This document shows, piece after piece, positions 48,439-63,096 of a stretch of DNA of 64,000 nucleotides. Each line of letters begins with the position of its first letter. Positions within the stretch are counted from its first letter, which is position 1. Location of the stretch: contig JAWLBL010000005.1 of assembly GCA_041687695.1 (NCBI GenBank), positions 132,382 through 196,381 of the forward strand, read 5' to 3'. This DNA comes from Myxococcota bacterium. GTDB lineage: Bacteria; Myxococcota_A; UBA9042; PHBI01; JAWLBL01. The notes beneath the pieces are model-generated. The model had not been told where the DNA came from, did no database searches, and worked only from the letters and a program-made list of their open reading frames with translations. The position numbers and the translations under genes are program-made.

Positions 48439-50376
48439 CTAGAGCGGCGGCAGCGGGCCCACCGGGAGGCTGGCGGGGCCACCGGGCGTGTCGCCGAGCG
48501 GTATCCACGGGGTCTCGACGGTGCTGCCGACCGAGACGCGGACCTTGAGCGGGTCGGCGAAGGCGGTGCCGCTGCCGTAGCTGCAGGCGCCGACCTCGAG
48601 GACCAGCAGCGTGTCGCCCTCCTCGATGTCGACCCCCATGTCGACGATGAGGTGGCCGGCGCCGCCGAGGGAGACGAACCCGCCCGAGACCTTGCAGACC
48701 GACAGATCGTCGGGCCAGCCGGTGAAGGCGTCGGGGGCGAAGAGCGCGGCGGTCGGGTCCCCGTTGGCGACGTCGGAGGGGGCCGCGAGGTAGCTCGTCA
48801 CGGCCTCGGCGAAGTGGACCTGCCCGGTCGCCGCCTTGGTGAGCACGATGGCGTCGACGTCGGCGCCGGGGTCGGCGCCGCCGGTGACGTTGCTCATGTC
48901 GTCGAGGCGGACGAAGCGGTAGGGGCTGGTCCCGTTGGGGTCGCCGGAGGACACGTAGAGCTGGACGAGCAGGGGGCCGGCGACCGGCTCGTCGCTGGCG
49001 TCGAAGAGGTACCACTCGGCGGTGTGCAGCCCTGAAGCCTGCGGGGCGACGAGGTCCATGGTGAGCTCGACGGCCGCGAACGGCGGGGTGCATGGGAGCT
49101 CGACCGGCTGCCCGCCGAGCGCGTCGCCGACCGGCCGGAGCGCGTAGCCGGACCAGCTGGTCGTGCCCGTGTTCGTGAGCGTGAAGCTGCGCGACAGGGG
49201 CTGGCCGGGTTCGACGACCGTGAGGTCGGCGTCGCCGGAGCCGACGGAGAAGGCGTCGGTGAGGATGAGGTAGGCGCCCTCCCAGGGCGGCGGCGGCCCG
49301 AGCCCGTAGCGCGTGGCCAGGAACTCCTCGGTGTTGAGTTCGCATTCGCGCATGGCGTTGGCTGCCTCGACGCCGACGAAGCGCCAATGCCACGGCTCCC
49401 AGACGTACTGGGTGGTGGCGACCTTGTCGTGTCCGTAGGTCAGCACGATCCCGAAGCGATGGGCGTTTTCCATCACCCACTGCATCTGCCAGCTCGCCGC
49501 CATCTCGACGGCGTGGGCGCGGCCGAAGCTGGAGATGGCGCCGTTGTCCTTCTGATAGACCAGGTCGGCGGTGGTGCCGAGCTGGTGCTCGGAGTGTCCG
49601 GGCTCGGCCGAGTAGGTCCCGGCGACCAGGGCGGCCTCGTGCTCGTCGTAGCCCGCGGCGATCTCTTGCTGCACGTAGTAGCCGTAGGTGTTGTCCTGCA
49701 CCGCGTACGAGCGGAACCCGCTGGCGACGTAGAGGATCGCCCCGACCTCGGACTGCGCCGCCTCGAACAGCGCGCGGAAGCCGACCTCGCCCTGGTGGCC
49801 GACGGGCTTGAGGTCGAAGGTGGCGAGCGGCGTCGACGGGGCGGGCGAGGCCCAGGCGACCTGGCGGAGCGCGTTCGCCTTGGTCGTGTACTGGTTCGGA
49901 ACGCAGACGAGATCGTGGTCGACGCCGGGGTCGCCGGCCTGGCAGGGGTTCCAGGTGCTGGTGGGGCTCACGGGATAGCCCGGCGGGATGGCGCTGCTCC
50001 GGTTGACGTAATAGAGCAGGTCGCTGGGGTCGTCGGGAGGAGCCGCGCCGTCGTGGAGCAGCGCGGCCTCGCACGCCTGGACCCGCGCCTCGAGGTCGCA
50101 GGCCCAGCCTTCAGGCCGATCGTCCGGAGGCTGGTAGACCTCGCCGGGTCCCACGCCATCGTCTGGCGTGACGTACGCATCGCCGGGTACGTCGCCAGCG
50201 ACGTCCGCCACGTTCACGTCGCGAGGGACGTCCGCCACGTTCACGTCGGCGTCCCCTCCGACGTCGCCCGGCTCGACCTGCGCGTCCGGGTCAGGCGGGT
50301 CCCCCTCGGCCGAGTCGCAGCCGGCGCCCGTCGCGAGGCCCCCGAGGACACCGAGCAAAGTCACCCATCGACGCAT
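48439..50376 (-). CDS. M15B (VanY-like) D,D-carboxypeptidase lipoprotein with NBR1-like Ig domain
   Basis: Lipobox GAGC; SGFRSY, SAEPGHSEHQLG(T)xxD, EPWHWRFVG; VEPGQPLSRSFTLTNTGTTSW. Confidence 0.88.
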   Translation of the reverse strand: MRRWVTLLGVLGGLATGAGCDSAEGDPPDPDAQVEPGDVGGDADVNVADVPRDVNVADVAGDVPGDAYVTPDDGVGPGEVYQPPDDRPEGWACDLEARVQACEAALLHDGAAPPDDPSDLLYYVNRSSAIPPGYPVSPTSTWNPCQAGDPGVDHDLVCVPNQYTTKANALRQVAWASPAPSTPLATFDLKPVGHQGEVGFRALFEAAQSEVGAILYVASGFRSYAVQDNTYGYYVQQEIAAGYDEHEAALVAGTYSAEPGHSEHQLGTTADLVYQKDNGAISSFGRAHAVEMAASWQMQWVMENAHRFGIVLTYGHDKVATTQYVWEPWHWRFVGVEAANAMRECELNTEEFLATRYGLGPPPPWEGAYLILTDAFSVGSGDADLTVVEPGQPLSRSFTLTNTGTTSWSGYALRPVGDALGGQPVELPCTPPFAAVELTMDLVAPQASGLHTAEWYLFDASDEPVAGPLLVQLYVSSGDPNGTSPYRFVRLDDMSNVTGGADPGADVDAIVLTKAATGQVHFAEAVTSYLAAPSDVANGDPTAALFAPDAFTGWPDDLSVCKVSGGFVSLGGAGHLIVDMGVDIEEGDTLLVLEVGACSYGSGTAFADPLKVRVSVGSTVETPWIPLGDTPGGPASLPVGPLPPL

Positions 50377-50557
50377 CCAGCCCTCCGCCAGTCCGGGTCC
50401 GCGCGGCCTCGGCGCCGCGCGTCGAGTATAGCGGCCGGCAGCGTTCCGTGTCGCGCGACCGTCGACCCGATCCGAGCCGCACCCCGCGCGGGCGGGCAGA
50501 CGCCCCCCGGAGCCGGCGACCAGCCTCGCTGGGAGGGCCGGTCGCCGGCTCACGCCA

Positions 50558-53551
<2,994 letters not shown>

Positions 53552-54022
53552 CAGTCACTCCACGCCAAGCGATTCATGGGCTCCTGCGGCCCACCGATGT
53601 CGAGCGGCGCGCAAGCTAATCAGTCGCCAGGGTCGACTCAATCCTCCATCGGCTCTTGTGCTCGTTCCGGCCTTGCGTCGCCCCCGGTTCCCTGCCGTTT
53701 CTGTGCCGTGACCCGACTGGAGGTGCCTCCTGCGCTGCGCAGGCTCGCTCTCCACCGGCTCCCACATCGCCGCGGCGTGCCCCTGGAACGGACATCCTCG
53801 CCGCCGAGCACGGCGCCCGCTTCGAGCATCGGCCCTCTTGCGCGGAATGGCCCAGCGCGGCGAGTGCTTCTTCCCACGCGCCGCCGGGTAGCGTACCGTC
53901 CACTCGGACGGGGCAGCGCATTCGGCGCCACCCGCGTGCCCACCGCCGGATCGCCGGATCTGGCCCGGAGCCAAATGACCCCTCTGTATGGACCGCGTGC
54001 GGCGTTCCGAGACTGGCGCGCC

Positions 54023-56287
<2,265 letters not shown>

Positions 56288-56375
56288 CCCGACGGCTCTC
56301 ACGAGAAGATGCAGAGTGATGTCCCCTGAGCGTTCGGCCTGGTCTGCGCGGCTCCCTGTGCCGCCACACGCCGCG

Positions 56376-57875
56376 CTACGGCGCCACCCGCGCGTCCACC
56401 TTCTTCAGCCGCTGCTCGACCGCGCGACTGTTGCGCAAGGCCAGGGACGCCTCGTAATCGCTCACCGCGTCCCCCCACCGCTCCTCGGCCTCGGCGATTC
56501 GGCCGCGGTTGTACAGCAACATCGCCCTCAGCTCGGGGGCCGCGCCCTTGTCCGCCAGCCCCGCTTCAGTCGCCGCCCGCGCGACGTCCATGCGCCCCAA
56601 CAGAAACGCCGACCACCCCAGGCCACCGAGACCCCGCGCCCGGTCCACGCCGAGCCGCACCACCCTCCGGTAGGCCGCCGCCGCCTCCAGGTGCCGCTCC
56701 TTCCCGGCCGCTGCCCGAGCAGCCTTCAGCTCCCTGTCCGAGGCCAGCACCTGGGCCGCCTGCAGCGCCTCGGTCCAGCCCTCGCCCCCCTTGCGGATGT
56801 GCACCGCAGCACAAGCGCAGCCCTCATGGCTGGCCTTCATGCACTCCGCCGCGCAGACGCCGCGCGCCTCGGCCGCCTCGGCCGCGCGCAACCCCTTGCT
56901 GCCCAGCGCCCCCGCGCAGGTCGCCACCTCACCACGCACGCACTTCGGCATCGCCGCTCGCGCCCAGGGCCCACACACAACCCCATACCGGCAGGCCTCG
57001 TCCAGCCGCCCGAGCCCCTGCACAGGCGCCTGCGCCAGGAGCAGCAATCCCAGGTCGACACATCGCGTCCCGTCCGCCCCCTGTACCTCCTCGCATGGGC
57101 ACGACAGGCACGCTCCGTGTGCCACACAGCCGTCGCCCTCGCCGGGCTCCCGACCCTCCAGCGACCGCTCTAGCGGACAGTCCGCACACCACCCCCGCGC
57201 CGCCTGCCCGCTGCACACCCGCCAGGCCGCATCGTCCGCCCCGACCTGCGACTTCCCCTCCGCCAGCTCCCTCGCCACCACCCGCAGCCAGGCGTCACAC
57301 GCCTCGGCGTCCTCGCCGCCCTCATCACCCGGCCGCCACGCCTCGCACCGCGCCCGCGCCCCCGCCCGCCACGCGGCGGCCACCTTCGCCGCCTCCCCGG
57401 CCCGCGCCGCCTTCTCACAACCCGCCGCATCTTGCGCCTGCTCACAGGCCTCGCCCAACCCCTCCCGCAGCCGCTCCTCCAGCTCCTCCCACTCCTCGAG
57501 CTCGAGGTCCTTCACCGGCCGCCGCGCCGCCAGCGCCAACCCCAGCGCGCACGCCCCCGGGTCCTCCCCCGAGCACCGCTCCTCGTACAGCGCCAGCGCC
57601 TTCCCCGGCTCGCTCACTTCAACCCGCCGCGCCCACTGCACACACCCCTCGCCGTCCGGCTCCGGCGCCTCGCACCCCCGCCGAAACGCCGCAGCCCCCT
57701 CACCCGCCAACCCCAGCGCCGTACACGCTCGCCCCTTCCCCTCGGCGCACATCGCCTCCAGCAGCCGCGCCTCCGCAGAGACCCGCGCCCCCGTCGCCCC
57801 CTCCGCCGCCCGCGCGCCCCCATGAGCCACACCCAGCGCCGAGCCCATCACCACCAGCAACCAAAAACACTTCAT
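56376..57875 (-). CDS. Secreted Sel1-like/TPR repeat protein
   Basis: Signal peptide; ACxxLG/GCxx Sel1-like Cys repeats; C-terminal TPR (LYNRGRIAE...YEASLALR). Confidence 0.75.
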   Translation of the reverse strand: MKCFWLLVVMGSALGVAHGGARAAEGATGARVSAEARLLEAMCAEGKGRACTALGLAGEGAAAFRRGCEAPEPDGEGCVQWARRVEVSEPGKALALYEERCSGEDPGACALGLALAARRPVKDLELEEWEELEERLREGLGEACEQAQDAAGCEKAARAGEAAKVAAAWRAGARARCEAWRPGDEGGEDAEACDAWLRVVARELAEGKSQVGADDAAWRVCSGQAARGWCADCPLERSLEGREPGEGDGCVAHGACLSCPCEEVQGADGTRCVDLGLLLLAQAPVQGLGRLDEACRYGVVCGPWARAAMPKCVRGEVATCAGALGSKGLRAAEAAEARGVCAAECMKASHEGCACAAVHIRKGGEGWTEALQAAQVLASDRELKAARAAAGKERHLEAAAAYRRVVRLGVDRARGLGGLGWSAFLLGRMDVARAATEAGLADKGAAPELRAMLLYNRGRIAEAEERWGDAVSDYEASLALRNSRAVEQRLKKVDARVAP

Positions 57876-57917
57876 CCCGTCCCCCGCAGCGATGTCCCGA
57901 TCAGGCCAATCCAATGG

Positions 57918-58015
57918 CTGGCCTGCACTCGTCACCAGATCCTATTGCGCTCGGGGCGAGCACCGCACCTCCCCGGCGTTGTCGCTCCGGCCGGCTCGAC
58001 CTATCGACGAGTACA
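57918..58015 (-). mobile_element. Partial, degenerate copy of the 45360 MITE-like element
   Basis: Reverse complement GTCGAGCCGGCCGGAGCGAcAACGCCGgGGAGGTGCGGTGCT...CTGGTGAcgAgTGCAGGCcAG aligns with 45459-45542. Confidence 0.7.
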
Positions 58016-58281
58016 CGGGGACTGCGCCCCCGAACCCCGCGACGAGCCACCCCGAGCACCACAGCGGGGGCGCGGGGCGCGTCCGGGAGGATCTGCCGCG
58101 ATACACAGTCACACCGAGGCGGCACTCTGGTGGGCACGTCGGCGGCGATGGCATCGAAACGGCCAGCCCCGGGCCAGCGACGATCGGATGCGGCGCGAGC
58201 GGCATCACCTGCATCGCCGTCTCTCCCCGGCACCTCCGGCCGCGTCCACCGCCACCAGCACCCGACCGCGCTCCATCCCAC

Positions 58282-61200
58282 TCATCCTTCCAGCAACTTG
58301 GCGATCTCGGGCTTGCGCTTGTGCTTGTCCCAGACCACCTTGAACCGCGCCGCCGCGCCGTTCCCCGTGAGCACGGCGATGGCCTCCTCGCCAGTCGGCT
58401 TCTTGCGAGCCAAGCCCGCCTTGCGCTCGTCAAACCCCCGCAGGGAGGCGTGGCGCGCCTTGACCAACATGCCGATGAGCAGCCCCTGGCGCTCTCTCGA
58501 CAGCGACGCGAAGTCGCTGACCGTGCTGCTGATGACCGGCGCAGCAGCCTTGTAGTTCGAGATGTTGCGCGCCTCGGTCGCCACCAGGTCGATGCCCTCG
58601 ATCCGCGCGTAGAAGGCCTGCCACATGGGGTGTGCCGCCGCGCCCCGCGCATACCAGGCGGTCGTGTTCTCGGCCGACTTGTTTGAGTTGTTCTTCACGA
58701 AGTCGTAGTTCTCGGCGCCCGAACGTATGAAATAGTAGGTGACGGCGCTCTCGTCGAGCGCGTTGATGCCCTCGGCGCTCTTCAGCAGGGTCGTCAAGTC
58801 CTCGTTTTCGGCAACGATCTCGCGGGTCGCGGCCTTCCAGGCCATGTTCAGCCGCCGCGAGCCGTCCCAGTACCCACCCGCGCGGAGCTTTCTACGTTCG
58901 AGGCGCTCCAGCTCGTCGCGGCCGATGCCATAGCGCGCGAGCGCTTCGGCCCCCAACCGTTCGTAGAGCGCTGCGCTCGAGCGGGCCGCCGGGATCAGCG
59001 CCTTGGCGTTACCCGTCTCCGGCCCGGACTTCAGCGGGCGCGCCAGCTTGCCGAGGGCCGGGTAGACGTCCTCGTGCGTCTCGCGCAGCTCCCGGGTGGC
59101 CACGTGCGCCGCCCAGGCCCGTAACCTGCGGCGGTTCGCCTTGGCCATGCGCGCCGGCGACCACTTCGGCGAAGAACCCTCGAGCCGCTCCTGCCACTTG
59201 GAGGCTTGCTCGGGTCCCAGGTCCCGGCCGAGCTCGCGTGCCGTCTTCAGCTCGGCCTCGACGGCCTCGAATCGTCTGGTGAACTCCCCGTGCAGGCTGG
59301 TGACGCTCGTCGCGATCGCCCCCTCATACGCGGTCGACAGCTCGTCGAGCGCCGCCTCGTGCTCGGCGACCCGGGCCTTCCATGCCGGCACGTGCGCCGC
59401 CGTCTGTAGCCGATGCGACAGCCCCATCCTTTCGAGCCACGCGACCTCGAGCCCGGTGTCCGTCTTGAAGGCCGCGCCAAGGTTCGATGTCAGCCACCTG
59501 GCGTACTCCGAGGGCGGCGATGCCTTGGCCTTGGCATGTATCTCGGCGATCTGGGTGCCCGACAGCCCTACCTTGTGCCGATTGTCCGAGCTGCCCGAGG
59601 CGACGATGGTGTACCACCCCATGGTCTTCAGGCCACGCCCGTGCATCTCCTCGACCGCCGCGGTCGTCATCTCCTTCGGCAGCCCGAGCTTCCGGCCGGC
59701 CTTCATCAGCTCGATCAGCTTGCCGACGAGTAGATAGACGAGGAGCTGCCCCTTGCCCCACGACGCGAAGATGCCTGCCGTCGTCCCGAGCTCCGATCGC
59801 TGGCCCTTGGCGCCTCCCTCGCTGATCTCCACCACCCTCGAGATCGCCTCGTAGACACTCGCCATGTCGCCCAGCGTGCCCGAGAAGTCAGTGCGCAGCT
59901 TTTCGCGCATCTGGCGCCCCGTCGCCACCGCCTCGTCAGCACCCGAGTCCTTCGACCGAGTCCCCGGCCCCGCCCTGCCCTCACGGCTCGCATCGGCGCC
60001 ACCATCTGGGGTGGCTGCGCCGTCCCTCGGCGCCCGGTCGGTGGCCGCGCCGTCGCCCCCCTTCTGCCCCTCACCCGAGGCCGCCCGGGCGTTGCCGAGT
60101 ACCGCCGTGAGCTGCGCCGCGAAGTGCTCGAACGCCTCGCTCAGTGTCCCGCTCGGCGCCGAGGCCGGGTCGAACTTGCGGGCGATGCCCTGCTCCAGCG
60201 ACTCCCCGCTCACCGCCTCATACGCCCGCTCGAGCGCCGCCACGTCGCTCGAGCCCGAGATCAGCTCCGCGATCGCCACCGCCTGCGCCTCGGCCTCCTC
60301 GGTCGAGGCGGCCGGCGCCCCGAGCAACGCCTTCAGCCGCTCCGCCGGCGCGACCGCGCTCGCCCCGCTGTCCTTGGCGGCCGCCGGCTCCGGACCGCGC
60401 TCTGCCTCGACCTTCACCTCGGGCCCGGGAGCCTCGGCGGCTGCGAACCTCTCGAGGCCCCCGGACACCTTGGTCACCGTCCAGGTGTTGTGCCGCTTGG
60501 TCACCGTATGCGTCGTCTCCGCCTCGTCGCCGGTGACGACGAAGCTAAGCGGCCTGCTCAGGGCCTCGGGCTCGGCGAAGGCCGCGTCGACCTCGACCTG
60601 CGCCGCGTCGCCCAGCGCCTTGTAGGCCTTCGCCGCCTGCTGGAGAGTGCGGCCGTGCTGGCGCCTGAGCGCCGCGGGCATCCCCTCGGGATACTTCTTG
60701 TCGGCCAGCACATCCAGGCTCGCCCGGAACCACTCGGGGAAGGGCTGTCCGGACGCGTCACCGCCGGCGTCGCCCTCGCGCTCGACCGTGCCGCCGCCCA
60801 GGCTCACCACCTTCTTCAGCGCGCTCGCCCCGGGCGACGACGTGATGCCGGTGAAGGCGTTGACCAGCTCGATGAGCCTCGGATAGCTCGCCTCGAGCTC
60901 GCCATAGGCCACCGCGGGATGGGTCGCCTTGCCCACCTTGCGCGTCTCGGGCAGCGCGCCGACCAAACCCCTGGCCTCCTCGGAGCCTGGCACCTGGAAG
61001 GCCTCATCCTTCACCTTGAAGGTCATCTCCTCCTTCTGGACCGCCTCTTCTCGCTTGTACTTCACGCTGCCCTTCAGCAACTCCTCGGGCCACTGGATGT
61101 ACTGCCGCTTGCCTCCGATGCCCGCCGTCCGGCCCAGCATGAACACCTTGTTGTTCGCCGGGTCCATCAGCTCCTGTACCTTCGCCCACTCGATCTTGCC

Positions 61201-63096
61201 GCGACCGTCCCGCTTCACGCCGTTCGGCTTCGCCGTCGTGCGAGAGCCGACCAGCGCCAGCTCGCTGACCGGGCCCTCGCCCGGGCCGGGACGGTGGTCG
61301 AAGACGATCTCGATGTGGTTGGCCCCCTTCAAGCTGGGCTTGTTGTCGTCGTAGTGCCCGGCGCCGTTGACCTGGACCGGCGTCCCGCCACCCATGTGCC
61401 CGGGCTCGTGGATCCAGATCGCCTCCAGGCCGGCCCACGGCAGCTTGGCCGCGGCGGGCTTCTTCTTCGCCAGCGCGTAGCGGTCGGCCGGCAGCCCGAC
61501 CAGCTTGCGGAAGCCCTCGCGCGCCTCGGAGCCCAGCTTGTCCCACGCCGGCGCGGCCTTGACCATCAGCGCGCGCACTGACCGGGGGACGTCGCCCAGC
61601 GCTTCCTTCGCCGCCTCCGGTTGGGCCACCAGCCCTGCCGCTTCGGTCTCGAACCTGGCGAGCTGGTCCGACTTCCCATGAATCGCCGGCAACAGCGCCG
61701 CCAGCGTCGTCGGCAGCGCCTTCAGCGCCTCATGAGCGGCGACCAGCTCGGCGTCGGGGCCGCTCGCCTTCATCTCGCGCTCGTACTCGTCGGTGCTGAC
61801 CGGCTTCGTCCCGTTCCAGTTCAGCAGCATGTCGCCCTGGCTGGCCACGGTCAAATCCTCGGTCAGCATCCCCTCGCTCTGCAGCCACCGCCAGTTGGTC
61901 CGGTTGCCGGCCAGCTTGTTGATCCCGCTCTCCCGGCTGGCTCGGCCGCTGGTCTCCGCCGGGTAGGCGAGCCGCGTCAGATACCACGCTGCCTGGTTGC
62001 ACACGATCCCGGTCTCGCCGAATCCCGAGGCGTCCCCCTCGAGCCCCTTGCGCAACGCGTCCTTCCAGGTCTGGGTGCCGGCGTAGCGGGTCGCGTAGTT
62101 GCTGCCGCCGATGTTGCGCTGCAGCTCCGAGCCGTCGACCGTCATGTGCTTGTCGAGCCCGGTGTAGTGGACGCCCTCGAGCAGGATGAAGGCCATCGCC
62201 GGGTTCCTGGTCTGCTCGGCGAAGCGCAACACCTCCTGCCCCAGGGCCCGGCGCTCCTCGGGCGCCAGATCGGGGTCGTACATCCGCGCCAGCAGCCTCT
62301 TGAACTCGGGATCGTCGCCGTCGAACGCGCCGCCCTCGTACTCGGGGCCCCCCGCCGCCACCTCCTCGCCACCGGCCTCCACGCTGGTGCCCGGCCCCTC
62401 TCGGCGCACCACGTGCGGCGCGCTGTGGCCCAGCACCGGCGCCGGACGCCCGCCCACCACCCGGTCGAACCGGCGCGCCACCACCCGCTCGCCCAGCTCC
62501 GCCGCCGCGGTCTCCTGTCCCGCGCCGCGCGCGCCCAGCACCAGCGCGGCCCCGGCGGGCGCCGGCGCCCCTCCCGCCTGGATGGCGTGCGCGGTCTCGT
62601 GGGCCAGCAGCGACAGCCCCCGACGCGACTCGACGTCGAACCGCCCGCTCCCGAAGAACACGTCCCGTCCCACGGTCAGCGCGTGCGCCCCGAGGGCGTC
62701 GGCGATGCGCGCCGCCGTGGCTCCGGTGTGGAGCCGCACCTCGGGCGCTGGCACCCCGGCCACCTGACGCACCAGCGCCTTCACCGACTCCGGCAACGGG
62801 GCTCCCGTCGGGCAAGCGTCCAGGAGGCTCTGCAGCGCTCCCAGCGCCCGGCGTACCGGCAGCGGCGCCGTGTCCTGGCGCAGCCGCTCGAGCCGCGCCG
62901 CCACCCGCGCGCCCTGGGCGGCGAACGGCCCGGTCAGCCCCGCGAGCGCCTGCAGCTCGCTGCGCTCGGGCGCCGCTCGGTCCGCCTCCAGCCCACGCGC
63001 GCGGCGCCACAGCAGGTCGCGCTCCCGCCTGCGGCCCCGGCCCTCTCGCTCCCCCCTCGCTCGCTCGGTTCGTCGGTCCTGCTCGCATGCCTTCAT
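58282..63096 (-). CDS. DUF4157 (eCIS core) domain protein, 1604 aa, putative effector
   Basis: VRLHTG..AARIADALGAHALTVGRDVFFGSGRFD..SRRGLSLLAHETAHAIQ; long unique C-terminal region; ATGA overlap with the ATPase stop. Confidence 0.85.
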   Translation of the reverse strand: MKACEQDRRTERARGEREGRGRRRERDLLWRRARGLEADRAAPERSELQALAGLTGPFAAQGARVAARLERLRQDTAPLPVRRALGALQSLLDACPTGAPLPESVKALVRQVAGVPAPEVRLHTGATAARIADALGAHALTVGRDVFFGSGRFDVESRRGLSLLAHETAHAIQAGGAPAPAGAALVLGARGAGQETAAAELGERVVARRFDRVVGGRPAPVLGHSAPHVVRREGPGTSVEAGGEEVAAGGPEYEGGAFDGDDPEFKRLLARMYDPDLAPEERRALGQEVLRFAEQTRNPAMAFILLEGVHYTGLDKHMTVDGSELQRNIGGSNYATRYAGTQTWKDALRKGLEGDASGFGETGIVCNQAAWYLTRLAYPAETSGRASRESGINKLAGNRTNWRWLQSEGMLTEDLTVASQGDMLLNWNGTKPVSTDEYEREMKASGPDAELVAAHEALKALPTTLAALLPAIHGKSDQLARFETEAAGLVAQPEAAKEALGDVPRSVRALMVKAAPAWDKLGSEAREGFRKLVGLPADRYALAKKKPAAAKLPWAGLEAIWIHEPGHMGGGTPVQVNGAGHYDDNKPSLKGANHIEIVFDHRPGPGEGPVSELALVGSRTTAKPNGVKRDGRGKIEWAKVQELMDPANNKVFMLGRTAGIGGKRQYIQWPEELLKGSVKYKREEAVQKEEMTFKVKDEAFQVPGSEEARGLVGALPETRKVGKATHPAVAYGELEASYPRLIELVNAFTGITSSPGASALKKVVSLGGGTVEREGDAGGDASGQPFPEWFRASLDVLADKKYPEGMPAALRRQHGRTLQQAAKAYKALGDAAQVEVDAAFAEPEALSRPLSFVVTGDEAETTHTVTKRHNTWTVTKVSGGLERFAAAEAPGPEVKVEAERGPEPAAAKDSGASAVAPAERLKALLGAPAASTEEAEAQAVAIAELISGSSDVAALERAYEAVSGESLEQGIARKFDPASAPSGTLSEAFEHFAAQLTAVLGNARAASGEGQKGGDGAATDRAPRDGAATPDGGADASREGRAGPGTRSKDSGADEAVATGRQMREKLRTDFSGTLGDMASVYEAISRVVEISEGGAKGQRSELGTTAGIFASWGKGQLLVYLLVGKLIELMKAGRKLGLPKEMTTAAVEEMHGRGLKTMGWYTIVASGSSDNRHKVGLSGTQIAEIHAKAKASPPSEYARWLTSNLGAAFKTDTGLEVAWLERMGLSHRLQTAAHVPAWKARVAEHEAALDELSTAYEGAIATSVTSLHGEFTRRFEAVEAELKTARELGRDLGPEQASKWQERLEGSSPKWSPARMAKANRRRLRAWAAHVATRELRETHEDVYPALGKLARPLKSGPETGNAKALIPAARSSAALYERLGAEALARYGIGRDELERLERRKLRAGGYWDGSRRLNMAWKAATREIVAENEDLTTLLKSAEGINALDESAVTYYFIRSGAENYDFVKNNSNKSAENTTAWYARGAAAHPMWQAFYARIEGIDLVATEARNISNYKAAAPVISSTVSDFASLSRERQGLLIGMLVKARHASLRGFDERKAGLARKKPTGEEAIAVLTGNGAAARFKVVWDKHKRKPEIAKLLEG

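Noticed and set aside
53552..53974. N-terminal extension of the ATPase fusion or a small minus-strand gene
   Set aside because: Poor codon bias and no motifs; treated as a divergent intergenic region, possibly with a relic.
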